Shown: piece by piece, positions 1-12,701 of the stretch
Position numbering within the stretch: position 1 is the stretch's first letter
How the letters are laid out: every line of letters starts with the position of its first letter
Assembly (NCBI GenBank): GCA_945897555.1
Contig: CAMDGF010000007.1
Location: 444-64,443, forward strand
From: Klebsiella pneumoniae
GTDB lineage: Bacteria; Pseudomonadota; Gammaproteobacteria; Burkholderiales; UBA3065
Direction of reading: 5' to 3'
Length of the DNA: 64,000 bases
Notes under the pieces: generated by a model
Seen by the model: only the letters and a program-made list of their open reading frames with translations
What the model was told of the DNA's origin: nothing
Databases searched by the model: none
Made by a program: the position numbers and the translations under genes

Positions 1-828
1 CGGCCAGGAGGGCGCGCACCAGCGCGTTGTTGAGCGCATGGCCCGACTTGTGGCCGGTAAAGGCGCCAATGATGGGATGGCCAGCGAGGTAGAGGTCGCC
101 GATGGCGTCCAGCACTTTGTGCGTCACCAATTCCTTGGGCGTGCGCAGGCCGTCGCGATTGAGCACGCGGAACTCGTCCATGACGATGGCGTTGTCTAGA
201 CTGCCGCCCAGCGCCAGACCGTTGGCACGCAGCGCCTCGACCTCGTGCATGAAGCCGAAGGTGCGGGCGCGGCTCACGTCGCGCACATAGGACTGTTGGG
301 CAAAATCGATGGTGACTTGTCCGGCGGCGCCGCGCGTGGCCGGGTGCGCAAAGTCGATGCTCAGGCTGATGCGAAAGCCGTCGTGGGGCTCCAAGCGCAC
401 CCACTTGTCGCCGTCCTGCAGCTCGAGGGTCTTTTTGATGCGGATGTAGCGCTTGCGCGCGTCCTGCTCGAGCAGGCCGGCGGATTGCAGCAGGAAAACG
501 AAGGGCGCCGAGCTGCCGTCCATGATCGGCACCTCGGGTGCGGTGAGGTCGATCAGCAGGTTGTCGATGCCGAGACCGGCGATGGCGCTGAGCAGATGCT
601 CCACCGTGCCGACGCGCGCACCCTCGAACTCCAGGGCGGTGCACATGCGCGTGTCGTGCACCAGCCGGGCATCGGCCGCAAAGCGGATTGGCGGGTCGAG
701 GTCGACACGGCGGAAGACGATGCCATGGTCGGCCGGGGCTGGGTGCAGGGTCAGCTCGACCTTGTTGCCGGAATGCAGGCCGACGCCGGTGGCGCGGATG
801 GTCTGGGCGAGGGTGCGCTGAAACAGCA
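1..828 (-). CDS. lpxC: UDP-3-O-acyl-N-acetylglucosamine deacetylase LpxC (partial; 3' end outside window)
   Basis: Not in the ORF track because it runs off the window edge. Reverse translation from ATG 828..826 reads [37 protein letters not shown]..., a typical LpxC N-terminus. It lies downstream of ftsZ as in the canonical dcw-lpxC order. Confidence 0.9.
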
Positions 829-929
829 TGTCGTGTCGGGGGCTCAGGGCAAGCGTTCAGAGGCGGATTGTAACCGCCCCGTCACGCGACGACGAATCGT
901 GCTGCTACAGCGCACCATCGGCCCCGCCC

Positions 930-2117
<1,188 letters not shown>

Positions 2118-2129
2118 ACCCATCTCCCC

Positions 2130-3368
2130 TTAAAAATTACCCTGCACCCAGGTCTTGAAATTGCGAAGGGCCGCCTTGAAAGGGCCCTCCTTGATACGGT
2201 CGATCTGGCGTCTCTGGTGGCTCTCGAAGCCCGCCTGCACCAGGCCCGCCGCCGTGGCGTAACGGGGATGGCGCACGAACTCCGCGAGCGGGCCGCCGTA
2301 GTTGGGCTGGCCGATGCGCACCGGCATGTGGAAGACCTCTTCACCCAGTTCGGACATGCCCGGCATCGCGGCACTGCCGCCGGTCAACACCACGCCCGAG
2401 GAGAGCCCCTCAGCAAAGCCGGCACGGGTGAGTTCGGATTGCACCAGCGCGAACAGCTCCTCGACCCGCGGTTCGATGACGTTGGCCAAGGTCTGCCGCG
2501 ACGACTGCCGCGGTTGGCGGTCGCCGACCCCCGGCACTTCGATGCCGACCGTGCTGTCGGCCAGCTGGCGCAGCGCGCAGCCATGCAGTTGCTTGAGCTC
2601 TTCGGCGTCTTTGGTCGGCGTGCGCAGAGCCATGGCGATGTCGTTGGTGATCTGATCGCCGGCGATCGGCAGTACCGCCGTGTGGCGGATGGCGCCGCCA
2701 GCGTAGACGGCGATGTCGGTGGTGCCACCGCCGATGTCGACCATCACCACGCCAAGGTCGCGCTCGTCGCCGTGCAGCACGGTGGTGGCAGAGGCGATCG
2801 GCTGCAGCACCAGCTCCTCGACCTCGAGCCCGCAGCGGCGTACACACTTGACGATGTTCTCGGCGGCGCTGACCGCTCCGGTGACCATGTGCACCTTGAC
2901 CTCAAGGCGCACGCCGCTCATGCCAAGGGGTTCGCGCACCTCGCCCTGGTCGTCGATGATGAATTCCTGGATGAGCGTGTGCAGCACGCGCTGGTCGGCT
3001 GGGATGTTGACGGCTTGCGCGGTGCGCAGAACGCTGTCGATGTCGTGCTGGCTCACCTCGCGGTCGCGGATGGCGACCATGCCATGCGAGTTGAAGCTCT
3101 TGATGTGGCTGCCGGCGATGCCAGCCCAGACCCGGCTGATCTTGCAGTTGGCCATGAGCTCGGCTTCGGCGATGGCGGCCTGGATGGCGTTGACCGTGGC
3201 CTCGATGTTGACCACTACGCCGCGCCGCAATCCGGTGGAGGGTGCGCTGCCAAAGCCGATCATCTCGAGCTGGTCGTCGGCGTTGATCACGGCGACCACG
3301 GCGACCACCTTGGAGGTCCCGATGTCGAGACCGACGATGGGAGGTGTGGTGTGGATCACGGGCTTCAT
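2130..3368 (-). CDS. ftsA: cell division protein FtsA
   Basis: ORF 2130..3482 trimmed to ATG 3368 (MKPVIHTTPPIVGLDIGTSKVVAVV). Actin-like ATPase motif VDIGGGTTD. Sits between ftsQ and ftsZ. Confidence 0.93.
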   Translation of the reverse strand: MKPVIHTTPPIVGLDIGTSKVVAVVAVINADDQLEMIGFGSAPSTGLRRGVVVNIEATVNAIQAAIAEAELMANCKISRVWAGIAGSHIKSFNSHGMVAIRDREVSQHDIDSVLRTAQAVNIPADQRVLHTLIQEFIIDDQGEVREPLGMSGVRLEVKVHMVTGAVSAAENIVKCVRRCGLEVEELVLQPIASATTVLHGDERDLGVVMVDIGGGTTDIAVYAGGAIRHTAVLPIAGDQITNDIAMALRTPTKDAEELKQLHGCALRQLADSTVGIEVPGVGDRQPRQSSRQTLANVIEPRVEELFALVQSELTRAGFAEGLSSGVVLTGGSAAMPGMSELGEEVFHMPVRIGQPNYGGPLAEFVRHPRYATAAGLVQAGFESHQRRQIDRIKEGPFKAALRNFKTWVQGNF

Positions 3369-3393
3369 GGTGTGTCGGGCTTCTTGGCTGGCT

Positions 3394-4209
3394 TCATGTC
3401 TTGCGAGTGGCCGCAGCGCCTTGGGGCGTGCGGCCGGGGAGGGTGACTGGCTTGCCATCGCGGCTGCGCAGGGCAAAACCATTGCGGTAGCGCAGGTCGA
3501 TCTGGCTCAGCCGGGGCATGAGCGGCTCGATCTGCTGCGGGTAGGCGGAGAGAAAGCGTTGCAGTGGCGCGAGGTCGTTGCTGCGGCCGAGCTCGATGCG
3601 CGGCCCCCCCTGCAGGTCGACGCTCCAGGCATGGCGCGGCGACAGTTCGATGGCATGCGGCACGAGGCCGACCTCGGCGAGCGCTGAGCGGATGGCGGCA
3701 AAGCGCTCTGCTACCAGCCGGCTGCTGCCATCAGGGCCGATGAAGACGGGCAGGTCGGCGTCGGTCGCGCCCTGGAAGACATCGCCCTCGCGGTTCACCA
3801 GACCCCCCTCTTGCCAAACCGCCACGGCCTCTTGTTCGACGATCCGCACCTCGAGGGTGTCTGGCCATTGGCGCTCCAGAGCGGCTTCACGCACCCACGG
3901 CAGTCGAGCAAAGGCCCGCCGCGAGGTCTCCAGATCGAGGGTGAAGAAGTTGCCGCGAAGTTCTCGGCGCACCACATCCTCGATCTGGCGCCGGGTGACG
4001 TGGCGCGGCGTCTCGGCGACCACCACGGTGGTGATGGCAAATGCCGGTCGATGCACCACCCAGTAGAGGGCGCCGCTCACCAGCAGCGCCACGCTCAGGG
4101 CGAGCAGGCCGAGGGCGATACGGTCGAGGCCCTGCGGGTCGTTCCACAACGGGTGTTGGGACCCGCTGTGGGTCGCCGCGGATGAGGTGTGTGGCCGCCT
4201 AAGCGACAT
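3394..4209 (-). CDS. ftsQ: cell division protein FtsQ
   Basis: 271 aa with a single N-terminal TM segment (IALGLLALSVALLVSGALYWVV) followed by a POTRA-like region. Position in the dcw cluster fits. ATG 4209 overlaps the ddl stop by 11 nt. Confidence 0.85.
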   Translation of the reverse strand: MSLRRPHTSSAATHSGSQHPLWNDPQGLDRIALGLLALSVALLVSGALYWVVHRPAFAITTVVVAETPRHVTRRQIEDVVRRELRGNFFTLDLETSRRAFARLPWVREAALERQWPDTLEVRIVEQEAVAVWQEGGLVNREGDVFQGATDADLPVFIGPDGSSRLVAERFAAIRSALAEVGLVPHAIELSPRHAWSVDLQGGPRIELGRSNDLAPLQRFLSAYPQQIEPLMPRLSQIDLRYRNGFALRSRDGKPVTLPGRTPQGAAATRKT

Positions 4210-5134
4210 CGGCGCCCTCCAGGATCTCCACCACCAACTGCTCGAAGGGGATGCCAGCAGCTTTGGCCGCCATCGGCACCAGCGAGTGACCCGTCATGCC
4301 CGGGCTGGTGTTCATCTCGAGGAACACCGGCTCGCCGGCTGGTGTGAGGATGATGTCGGCGCGGCCCCAGCCGCGGCAGTCGAGGGCACGGAAGGCGCGC
4401 AGCGTGAGCGCCTGGATGCGCGCCTCCAAGGCAGGCTCCAGCCCGGCCGGGCAGAAATACTGCGTGTCGTCGCTGAAGTACTTGTTCTGGTAGTCGTAGT
4501 TGCCCTGCGGCGGGACGATGCGCACCATCGGCAGGGCGCGGTCGCCGAGCACCGCGCAGGTGTACTCGCCGCCTTGCACGAAGCGCTCGGCCAGCACGAT
4601 GCTGTCGTGGCGCAGCGCCTCGTCCCAGGCGGCGCGCACCGCAGCTGCATCGCCACCGATGATCTTGGTGATACCGATCGAGGAACCCTCGCGCGCAGCT
4701 TTGACCATCATGTCGGGGCCGAGGCGGTCGAGTACCTGTTGCGGCGTCATGTCTGGGGTGAGCTCGATGCCATCGGCGACCGGGATGCCGGACTGCTGCC
4801 AGACCAGCTTGGTGCGCCATTTGTCCATCGCCAGCGCAGAGCCGAGCACGCCTGAGCCGGTGTAGGGGATGCCGAAGGCCTCGAGTGCGCCTTGCAGCGT
4901 GCCGTCCTCACCGAAGCGCCCATGCAGCGCGATGAAGACGCGCGCGTAGCCTTCGTCGAGCAGCGCGGTGAGGGGCTTCTCGGCGGGGTCGAACCGGTGC
5001 GCATCGACGCCCTGGCTCTGCAGCGCGGCCAGCACGGCGCTGCCGCTCATGATCGAGATCTCGCGTTCGGCCGAGCGGCCGCCGAACATCACGGCGACCC
5101 TGCCGAAACGTGCGCGATCGGCGGTCATGGTCAT
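4199..5134 (-). CDS. ddl: D-alanine--D-alanine ligase
   Basis: 311 aa. N-terminus [19 protein letters not shown] and ATP-grasp C-terminus ([15 protein letters not shown]). ATG overlaps the murC stop (ATGA). Confidence 0.93.
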   Translation of the reverse strand: MTMTADRARFGRVAVMFGGRSAEREISIMSGSAVLAALQSQGVDAHRFDPAEKPLTALLDEGYARVFIALHGRFGEDGTLQGALEAFGIPYTGSGVLGSALAMDKWRTKLVWQQSGIPVADGIELTPDMTPQQVLDRLGPDMMVKAAREGSSIGITKIIGGDAAAVRAAWDEALRHDSIVLAERFVQGGEYTCAVLGDRALPMVRIVPPQGNYDYQNKYFSDDTQYFCPAGLEPALEARIQALTLRAFRALDCRGWGRADIILTPAGEPVFLEMNTSPGMTGHSLVPMAAKAAGIPFEQLVVEILEGADVA

Positions 5135-6531
5135 GCCGTGACCCCCTCGACCAGTTGCAGCGGCACCTGTCCCATCGAGCCGGCACCCATGGTGATCAAC
5201 ACATCGCCGTCCCGCAGGTGTGCGAGGGCCGCTTGGTGTAACTCGCCGACCTGTTCGACGAAGATCGGCTCGATGCGTCCCTGCACGCGCAAGGCACGCG
5301 CCAGGGCGCGGCCATCGGCGGCCACGATCGGCGCCTCGCCAGCCGAATAGACCTCGGTGAGCAGCACCACATCGGCGTCCCCGAGCACGCGCACAAAATC
5401 CTCAAAGAGGTCGCGCGTGCGGGTGTAGCGATGCGGCTGGAAGGCGAGCACGATGCGCCGACCCGGGAAGGCACCGCGCGCTGCCGAGAGCGTGGCGGCC
5501 ATCTCCACCGGGTGATGGCCGTAATCGTCGATCAGGGTGAAACTGCCGCCACCCGGCAAGTTGAGTTCACCATGACGCGCGAAGCGCCGGCCGACACCTT
5601 GGAACTCGGCCAGCGCATGGACGATGGATGCGTCCGGGATGTCGAGTTCGGTGCCAACGGCGATCGCCGCGAGCGCGTTGCGCACGTTGTGCTCGCCGGG
5701 CAGGTTGAGCGTGACCTCTAGGCTGGAGAGCGGCGAGCCGTTGCGGCGCGTCGCCGTGAAGTGCATGCGACCGTGGTCGTGGCGCACGTTGACGGCGCGG
5801 ATCGCGGCGGCCTCATGGCAGCCATAAGGCACGATGGTCTTGCTCACCTGCGGCAGGATCTCGGCGACTACCGGGTCGTCGATGCAGGCCACCGCCACGC
5901 CGTAGAAGGGCAGGCGCTGCAGGAAATCGACGAAGGTCTGCTTGAGCCGGCCGAAGTCGTGGCCGTAGGTCTCCATGTGGTCCTGGTCGATGTTGGTGAC
6001 CACGCTGATGACCGGTGTGAGGTGCATGAAACTGGCGTCGGATTCGTCGGCTTCGGCAACGATGAAATCACCTTGGCCGAGCTTGGCGTTGGCGTTGGCG
6101 GCGTTGAGCCGGCCACCGATCACGAACGTCGGGTCAAGCCCGCCCGCCGCCAGCACGGAGGCGATCAGGCTGGTGGTGGTGGTCTTGCCATGGGTGCCGG
6201 CCACGGCGATGCCCTGGCGCAGGCGCATGAGCTCGGCGAGCATCAGCGCGCGCGGCACCACCGGGATGCGCGCGGCATGCGCGGCGACCACCTCGGGGTT
6301 GTCGGTGGTGACGGCGGTGGAGGTGACCACCGCGTCCGCGCCAGCGATGTTGCCGGCATCGTGACCGATGCGGATGTGGGCGCCCAGCTGCACCAGCCGG
6401 CGGGTCGCAGCACCGCTGGCGATGTCGGAACCACTCACCTGATAACCCAGATTGAGCAGCACTTCGGCGATGCCGCACATGCCGGTGCCGCCGATGCCGA
6501 CAAAGTGGATGTGGTTGATGCGGTGCCTCAT
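5131..6531 (-). CDS. murC: UDP-N-acetylmuramate--L-alanine ligase
   Basis: The ORF-track extension to 7167 is an arginine/proline-rich GC artefact overlapping murG. The conserved N-terminus [25 protein letters not shown] begins at ATG 6531, overlapping the murG stop (ATGA). GTHGKTTT P-loop present. Confidence 0.93.
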   Translation of the reverse strand: MRHRINHIHFVGIGGTGMCGIAEVLLNLGYQVSGSDIASGAATRRLVQLGAHIRIGHDAGNIAGADAVVTSTAVTTDNPEVVAAHAARIPVVPRALMLAELMRLRQGIAVAGTHGKTTTTSLIASVLAAGGLDPTFVIGGRLNAANANAKLGQGDFIVAEADESDASFMHLTPVISVVTNIDQDHMETYGHDFGRLKQTFVDFLQRLPFYGVAVACIDDPVVAEILPQVSKTIVPYGCHEAAAIRAVNVRHDHGRMHFTATRRNGSPLSSLEVTLNLPGEHNVRNALAAIAVGTELDIPDASIVHALAEFQGVGRRFARHGELNLPGGGSFTLIDDYGHHPVEMAATLSAARGAFPGRRIVLAFQPHRYTRTRDLFEDFVRVLGDADVVLLTEVYSAGEAPIVAADGRALARALRVQGRIEPIFVEQVGELHQAALAHLRDGDVLITMGAGSMGQVPLQLVEGVTA

Positions 6532-7646
6532 GCCGGCAGCCCCGCGGTCTCGAGCACGATGCGCGCCACGGTGGCGGTGGCCTCTGGCTTGGCCACCGTC
6601 TGTGCGCGCACCGCCATCTGCGCCAGCTCCTCGCGCGTCAGCGACTGCAGCAGCGCGGCCAGCCCCTCGGGTGTCAGCTCCCGCTCCGGCAGCAGGCGCG
6701 CCGCGCCGGCTTCGACCAGCACCCGTGCATTGGCGGTCTGGTGGTCGTCGACTGCGTAGGGGAAGGGGATGAGCAGCGCGCCGACACCCACTGTAGCCAG
6801 CTCGGCCACGGTGAGTGCGCCGGCGCGGCAGATGACGAGGTCGGCCATGGCGTACTGCATCGCCATGTCCTTGATGAAGGGCACGCAGGAGGCCATCACG
6901 CCAGCCTCGTCGTAGGCGTGCCGCAGCCCGTCGATGTGCTTGTCGCCGGCCTGGTGGAAGACGAACGGCCGCTCCAGCTTGGGGATGAGGGCCAGCGCCG
7001 CGGGCAGAGCCCGGTTGAGCGCCTGCGCGCCAAGGCTGCCACCGACCACCAGGATGCGCAGACGGCCGCCGCCGCGTTCCTCGAAGCGCTCGACCGGGTC
7101 GCCGAGGCTCAGGATGGAGGCGCGCACCGGGTTGCCGACCCACTCGGTCTTTGCGGGCGGCCGGCACTTCGTGGCGAGGCCGGAGCTGCTCGGTGCCTCG
7201 AAGGCACCCGGGAAACCGGTGAGCACGCGATCGGCGAACATCGCCAGCGCACGGTTGGTGAGGCCGGCCACGGCGTTCTGTTCGTGGACCACGAGCTTGC
7301 GTCCGAGCAGCTTGCCGACCAGCGCGCCGGGGAAGGCGGCGTAACCACCGAAGCCCAGCATCAGACGCGGACGGTAGCGCAGCACTCCGACCAAGGCCTG
7401 CAAGCAGGCCAATGCCAGCTTGAGCGGGAAGAGCGCCGTGGTCAGCAGGTTCTTGCCGCGCAGCCCGCCCAGCGTGACCCAGACGCCGGGGTAGCCGGCC
7501 TCGGCCACCAGCCGCTGTTCCATGCCGCCGCGGGTGCCGAGCCAGACCACCTCGTGGCCGCGCTCGCGCAGCGCATTGGCCACGGCGATCGCGGGGAACA
7601 CGTGGCCACCGGTACCACCCGCCATGATCATGAAGGGCGTGCTCAT
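6528..7646 (-). CDS. murG: UDP-GlcNAc:undecaprenyl-PP-MurNAc-pentapeptide GlcNAc transferase
   Basis: 372 aa; [21 protein letters not shown]-terminus; dcw position. Confidence 0.93.
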   Translation of the reverse strand: MSTPFMIMAGGTGGHVFPAIAVANALRERGHEVVWLGTRGGMEQRLVAEAGYPGVWVTLGGLRGKNLLTTALFPLKLALACLQALVGVLRYRPRLMLGFGGYAAFPGALVGKLLGRKLVVHEQNAVAGLTNRALAMFADRVLTGFPGAFEAPSSSGLATKCRPPAKTEWVGNPVRASILSLGDPVERFEERGGGRLRILVVGGSLGAQALNRALPAALALIPKLERPFVFHQAGDKHIDGLRHAYDEAGVMASCVPFIKDMAMQYAMADLVICRAGALTVAELATVGVGALLIPFPYAVDDHQTANARVLVEAGAARLLPERELTPEGLAALLQSLTREELAQMAVRAQTVAKPEATATVARIVLETAGLPA

Positions 7647-8809
7647 ACCGGCTTGCCCCGCATCAGCAGCCGGTTCTCAAAATCGACCCGCAGCAGGATG
7701 GCCAGCGTCAGGCAGATGGTGATGAGCGCGCTGCCACCAAAGCTCATCAGGGGCATGGTCAGGCCTTTGGTGGGCAAGGCGCCCATGCTCACGCCGGCGT
7801 GCACCAACGCCTGCGTGCCGAGCCAGACGCCGATGCCCTGCGCCACCAGCGCCGAATAGACGCGATCGAGCGCGATGGCTTGGCGACCGATGAGAAAGGC
7901 CCGCCAGATCAGCCAGGCGAACAGCAGCATGACCATCACCACGCCGACGAAACCGAGCTCTTCGCCGATCACGGCCATCAGAAAGTCGTTGTGCGCCTCG
8001 GGCAGGTAGCCCTGCTTCTCCATGCCGGCGCCCAGCCCGACACCGAACCACTCGCCGCGGCCAAAGGCCATGAGCGAGTGGGTGAGCTGGTAGCCGTCGG
8101 CCATCGGCTTGTCCCACGGATTCATGAAGGTGACGAGGCGCTTGAGCCGCCACGGTACGAACCAGATCAGCGCAAAGAAAACCGCTGCCACGGGTGCGAT
8201 CAGGCCGAGGAAGATGCGCACACGCATGCCGCCTAGCCAGAGGATGCCGGCGGTGATGGCGCACATCACGGCAAACGAACCGAGGTCGGGTTGCACGATG
8301 ACGAGCGAGCCAGAGACGATGATCACCGCGGCCAGCGGCAACAGGCCTTTGGTCCAGCTGTGCATGAAGGCCGCTTTGCGCACCGTGTAGTCGGCGGCGT
8401 ACAGCACCACAGCGAGCTTCATCAGTTCGGCGGGCTGCAGGCTGACTACGCCGAGCGGGATCCAGCGTCGGGCGCCATTGATCTTGAGGCCGATGCCAGG
8501 GATCAGCACCAGCAGCAGGAGCAGCATGCAGCCAAAGAAGATCCACGGTGACCACTTCTGCCAGGTGCGCATCTCCACCGCGAAAACCGCCATGCCGAGC
8601 AGCGCTCCGATGATGAGGTAGCTGGAGTGGCGCTTGAAATAGAAGAGCGAGTCGAACTGGGTCTGGCGGCTGAGTTCGGCGGTGGTGATGGTGGCCGAGA
8701 AGACCACCACCAGGCCCATGGCGGCGATCACAGCGATGACGAACAGCAGCGCCTGGTCGTACATCGGCAACAGCCGACGAGGGTGGATGCCAGAGGCTGC
8801 GACCCTCAT
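7643..8809 (-). CDS. ftsW: SEDS-family peptidoglycan glycosyltransferase FtsW
   Basis: 388 aa polytopic membrane protein between murD and murG. ATG overlaps the murD stop (ATGA). Confidence 0.9.
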   Translation of the reverse strand: MRVAASGIHPRRLLPMYDQALLFVIAVIAAMGLVVVFSATITTAELSRQTQFDSLFYFKRHSSYLIIGALLGMAVFAVEMRTWQKWSPWIFFGCMLLLLLVLIPGIGLKINGARRWIPLGVVSLQPAELMKLAVVLYAADYTVRKAAFMHSWTKGLLPLAAVIIVSGSLVIVQPDLGSFAVMCAITAGILWLGGMRVRIFLGLIAPVAAVFFALIWFVPWRLKRLVTFMNPWDKPMADGYQLTHSLMAFGRGEWFGVGLGAGMEKQGYLPEAHNDFLMAVIGEELGFVGVVMVMLLFAWLIWRAFLIGRQAIALDRVYSALVAQGIGVWLGTQALVHAGVSMGALPTKGLTMPLMSFGGSALITICLTLAILLRVDFENRLLMRGKPV

Positions 8810-10185
8810 CCCTGAGCCCCTGGCAGGCGCCGTACGGCGTCAATGAACACTTCGGCGCGGTGCGCGTAATTGCGGAACATGTCGAGGCTGGCGCAGGCCG
8901 GCGAGAGCAGCACGGCGTCACCCGGTCGCGCCAGCTCAGCGCAGGCGCGTACCGCCTCGGGCAGGCTGTCGGCGCGTTGCAAGGGGACGCCGGTGGTGCG
9001 CAGGGCGACCTCGATGGCCGGTGCATCGCGGCCGATGAGGACGACTGCACGGGCATGCGCCCGCACCGGCTCTGCCAGCGGTGCAAAGTCCTGGCCCTTG
9101 CCATCACCACCGGCGATCAACACCACGGGCCGGTCGAGCCCCTCGAGTGCTGCCACGGTGGCGCCGACATTGGTGCCCTTGGAATCGTCGTAGTAGCTCA
9201 CACCCGCCACTTCGGCGATGCATTCGACCCGGTGCGCAAGGCCGCGGAACCCCCGCAGTGCCGTGAGCAGGGGGCCTTCCGGGAGGTCGAGCGCCCGGCA
9301 CAGCGCGATGGCCGCCAGCGCATTGGTGGCGTTGTGCAATCCGGCGACCTTGAGCTCGCTGGTGCGCATCAGCACGCGGCTTCCTTGCGCCAGTGCGATC
9401 CCGCCGTCGACCTCGAGCAGCCCGAAGTCGCTTGGCGCCACCGGCGCGTGCCGGCTGAAGGTCCATACGCGCCGGCCTGATTCGCCCATGCGATCGACCA
9501 TCGGGTCGTCGCGGTTGATCACCTGCACGCCCTCGCCGTTGAAGATGCGTGCCTTGACCGCGGCGTAGGCGGCGAGCCCTGGGTAGCGATCCATGTGGTC
9601 CTCGGAGATGTTGAGGACGGTCGCTGCATCGGGGTAGAGGTGGCGCGTGGTCTCCAACTGGAAGCTGGAGAGCTCGAGCACGAAGATGTCGGGTGTCTTG
9701 TCGCCGGCAAGGGTCTTGGCCAATGCATCCAGCACCGGCAAGCCGATGTTGCCAGCCACTACCGTGCGGAAGCCGGCTTTGGCGCACATCTCGCCAACCA
9801 TGCTGGTGACTGTGCTCTTGCCGTTGGAGCCGGTGATCGCCACCACCCGCACCCGCGGGTAGTACTTGTTCAGGGCGCGGGCGAACAGTTCGACATCGCC
9901 GGTCACCGGGATGCCGCGGCGCACCGCGTCCTGCACCAGCGGCTCGGCCAAAGGCACGCCCGGGCTCAGCGCGATGAGGTCGATGCCCTCGAAACTCGAC
10001 TCGTGGAACGGCCCGCAGTCGGTGCGGATGTCGGGGAACTCCTGCTGCAGCGTGCGCAGGTGTGGCGGGTCCTGCCGGCTGTCGGCCACCCGCACCGTAG
10101 CGCCCGCACCGCGCAGCCAGCGCACCATGGAGAGGCCGGTGTCGCCAAGTCCCAGAACGAGTACGGTCTGTTCGCGCAGTGCCAT
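8806..10185 (-). CDS. murD: UDP-N-acetylmuramoylalanine--D-glutamate ligase
   Basis: 459 aa; VLVLGLGDTGLS Rossmann N-terminus; ITGSNGKSTVT P-loop; dcw position. Confidence 0.93.
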   Translation of the reverse strand: MALREQTVLVLGLGDTGLSMVRWLRGAGATVRVADSRQDPPHLRTLQQEFPDIRTDCGPFHESSFEGIDLIALSPGVPLAEPLVQDAVRRGIPVTGDVELFARALNKYYPRVRVVAITGSNGKSTVTSMVGEMCAKAGFRTVVAGNIGLPVLDALAKTLAGDKTPDIFVLELSSFQLETTRHLYPDAATVLNISEDHMDRYPGLAAYAAVKARIFNGEGVQVINRDDPMVDRMGESGRRVWTFSRHAPVAPSDFGLLEVDGGIALAQGSRVLMRTSELKVAGLHNATNALAAIALCRALDLPEGPLLTALRGFRGLAHRVECIAEVAGVSYYDDSKGTNVGATVAALEGLDRPVVLIAGGDGKGQDFAPLAEPVRAHARAVVLIGRDAPAIEVALRTTGVPLQRADSLPEAVRACAELARPGDAVLLSPACASLDMFRNYAHRAEVFIDAVRRLPGAQG

Positions 10186-10188
10186 GGC

Positions 10189-11274
10189 CTACCTCAGCTT
10201 GAGCGTAGAGAGGCCGACCAGCACCAGCATCATGGTGATGATCCAGAAGCGCACCACCACCTGGGTCTCCTTCCAGCCCTTGAGCTCGAAGTGATGGTGG
10301 AGCGGCGCCATGCGGAACACCCGCTTGCCGGTCAGCTTGAAAGAGGCGACCTGAACGATGACCGACAAGGTCTCGACCACGAACACGCCCCCCATGATGA
10401 ACAACACGATCTCTTGGCGGACGATCACGGCGATGGTGCCGAGCATGGCGCCCAAGGCCAGCGCGCCCACATCGCCCATGAACACCTCGGCCGGGTAGGC
10501 GTTGAACCAGAGGAAGCCCAAACCTGCCCCGGCCATCGCCGCGCACAGCACCAGCAGCTCGCCGGCACCCGGGATGTAGGGAAAGCCCAGATATTTGGAG
10601 AAGACGGCGTTGCCCACGACGTAGGCGAACACGCCGAGCGCGCTGCCGACCATCACCGTCGGCATGATCGCCAAGCCATCGAGGCCGTCGGTCAGGTTGA
10701 CGGCGTTGCTGGTGCCGACGATGACGAAGTAGGTGAGGATGAGGAAGCCGATCGAGCCCAGCGGGAAGGCGACTGTCTTGAAGAACGGCACGATGAAATC
10801 GGTCTGCGCGGGGAGCGTGGTGCTGAAGGCGAGGAAGGCGGCCGCCGCCAGCCCGATGACGCTCTGCCAGAAGTACTTCCAGCGGCTCGCCAGACCCTTG
10901 GGGTCGCGGCGCACCACCTTGCGGTAGTCGTCCACCCAGCCGACCACGCCAAAGCCCAGCGTGACGAGCAGCACGATCCAGACGAAGCGGTTGGAGAGGT
11001 CGCCCCACAGCAGGGTCGCACCGGCGATGGCGATGAGGATGAGCGCGCCGCCCATGGTCGGGGTGCCTTGCTTGACCAGATGCGTCTGCGGGCCGTCGTC
11101 GCGCACCGCCTGGCCGAACTTCATTTCGGCTAGCTTGCGGATCACCGCTGGTCCGGCCCAGAAGCAGATGAGCAGGGCGGTCATGCAGGCGAGCACCGCG
11201 CGCAGCGTGAGGTAGTTGAAGACCCGAAAGGCACCGACGTCCTCGGCGAGCCATTGCGCGAGGATCAGCAGCAC
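10189..11274 (-). CDS. mraY: phospho-N-acetylmuramoyl-pentapeptide transferase
   Basis: The ORF-track N-terminal 300+ aa is a GC artefact. GTG at 11274 is preceded by AAGGAG with an 8-nt spacer and gives [27 protein letters not shown]... Polytopic membrane protein with the [13 protein letters not shown] motif. Confidence 0.93.
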   Translation of the reverse strand: MLLILAQWLAEDVGAFRVFNYLTLRAVLACMTALLICFWAGPAVIRKLAEMKFGQAVRDDGPQTHLVKQGTPTMGGALILIAIAGATLLWGDLSNRFVWIVLLVTLGFGVVGWVDDYRKVVRRDPKGLASRWKYFWQSVIGLAAAAFLAFSTTLPAQTDFIVPFFKTVAFPLGSIGFLILTYFVIVGTSNAVNLTDGLDGLAIMPTVMVGSALGVFAYVVGNAVFSKYLGFPYIPGAGELLVLCAAMAGAGLGFLWFNAYPAEVFMGDVGALALGAMLGTIAVIVRQEIVLFIMGGVFVVETLSVIVQVASFKLTGKRVFRMAPLHHHFELKGWKETQVVVRFWIITMMLVLVGLSTLKLR

Positions 11275-12701
11275 GATGTGGTCTCCTTGAGCGCGCTGTG
11301 AAGTGTCGTTGCCGAGCCGCCGCCCGAGGTCGGGCCACAGGTGCTGGTGCCGGGTGCGGTCAGCGCCTCGATCACCTGCTCCATGCGCATGAAACGCGAG
11401 CCCTTGACCAGCACCGTGACGTCCGTGACGAGGCGGCCGCGCAGCGCGTCGATGAGCGCGGTGTGGCTGGCAAAGTGTTCGCCGCCCGGGCCGAAGCCGG
11501 CCACGGTCTCGCGCGACAGCTCGCCGGTGGCGAACAGGCATTCCAAGCCGGCGGCGCGTGCCACCTCGCCCACTTCGCGGTGCAATGCGGGTGCATCCGG
11601 GCCGAGTTCGCCCATGTCGCCCAGCACCAGGATGCGCGGCTGCGGTGCGGCGGCGAGTACGGCGATCGCGGCCTTCGCCGAGTCCGGGTTGGCGTTGTAG
11701 GTGTCGTCGATCAGGGTGGCGCCGTTTGCTGCGCGCTTGATCTGAAGACGCCCCTTGCTGCCACCAAAGCCGTCGAGCGCGGCGGCGGCTTTTGCCAGCG
11801 GCACGCCCGCAGCGATGGCAGCCGCGATGGCGGCGCAGGCGTTGTGCGCGTTGTGCAGGCCGGGCACGGCGAGGTGGCAGGTGGCGGTGGCGTCGCCATG
11901 ACGCAGCGTCACGGGGCCCTCGCCCGCGGCCTCGCCGGCCAACTCGGCGGCGGCGTCGAGGCCGAAGCGCAGCGAGCGGCGGCTGCCGGCGAACTGCTGC
12001 CAAAGTGGCAGCCAGCGGTCGGTCTGCGGCAGCACCGCCACGCCATCCGCGCGCAGGCCCTGCACGATCTCGCCTTTGGCGCGGGCGATGCCCTCGAGTG
12101 AGCCGAGGTTCTCCAGGTGCGCGGTGCCGGCGTTGTTGATGACGGCGATGTCCGGCTCGGCGATCTCGCACAGCCAGGCGATCTCGCCGGCGTGGTTCAT
12201 GCCCATCTCGCACACCGCGAACCGGTGCGCCGGCTCAAGCCGCAGCAGCGTGAGCGGCAGCCCGATGTCGTTGTTGAGATTGCCCTCGGTGGCCAGCACC
12301 GCGGCGTCGCCGTGCACGCCGCGCAGGATGGCGGCGAGCATCTCCTTGACCGTGGTCTTGCCATTGCTGCCGGTCACTGCCAGCAGTTCGGGTTGGATGC
12401 GGTGACGATGCGCGCGAGCGATCTGGCCCAGCGCGCGTCGGCTGTCTGCGACGACGATGCCGCTCGCTCCGGCGGGCAGTGCGTCCTCGCGCTCTACCAG
12501 CGCGGCGACCGCACCGGCTTCGAGCGCCTGCGCCGCGAATGCGTTGCCGTCGAAGCGCTCACCGCGCAACGCAACAAAGAGGTCGCCGGCGGCGATGCTG
12601 CGGGTGTCGGTGTGCACGCGAGCGATCTCGCGGTCGGGGCCGACCATGCGCCCGCCACAGTCGGCGGCCAGTGTGGCCAGGCGGAACCGGGCAGCGTTCA
12701 A
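11265..12701 (-). CDS. murF: UDP-MurNAc-tripeptide--D-alanyl-D-alanine ligase
   Basis: Trimmed to TTG 12701, which overlaps the murE TGA and has AAGGGGG upstream. Contains [15 protein letters not shown] and [13 protein letters not shown]. See the finding on its C-terminal low-complexity tail. Confidence 0.88.
   Translation of the reverse strand: MNAARFRLATLAADCGGRMVGPDREIARVHTDTRSIAAGDLFVALRGERFDGNAFAAQALEAGAVAALVEREDALPAGASGIVVADSRRALGQIARAHRHRIQPELLAVTGSNGKTTVKEMLAAILRGVHGDAAVLATEGNLNNDIGLPLTLLRLEPAHRFAVCEMGMNHAGEIAWLCEIAEPDIAVINNAGTAHLENLGSLEGIARAKGEIVQGLRADGVAVLPQTDRWLPLWQQFAGSRRSLRFGLDAAAELAGEAAGEGPVTLRHGDATATCHLAVPGLHNAHNACAAIAAAIAAGVPLAKAAAALDGFGGSKGRLQIKRAANGATLIDDTYNANPDSAKAAIAVLAAAPQPRILVLGDMGELGPDAPALHREVGEVARAAGLECLFATGELSRETVAGFGPGGEHFASHTALIDALRGRLVTDVTVLVKGSRFMRMEQVIEALTAPGTSTCGPTSGGGSATTLHSALKETTSCC

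Noticed and set aside
5131-7167. N-terminal extensions in the ORF track, as possible fusion proteins or pseudogenes. Examples: murC to 7167, mraY to 12213, murF to 13325, rsmH to 17518, pyrF to 35723, tyrA to 42847, trpE to 44117, rpe to 45636, trpC from 57025, ubiD from 59632.
   Set aside because: Each extension overlaps the upstream gene in another frame and has biased Arg/Pro/Gly composition. The conserved protein N-terminus begins at an internal start with sensible SD or a 4-nt coupling overlap.
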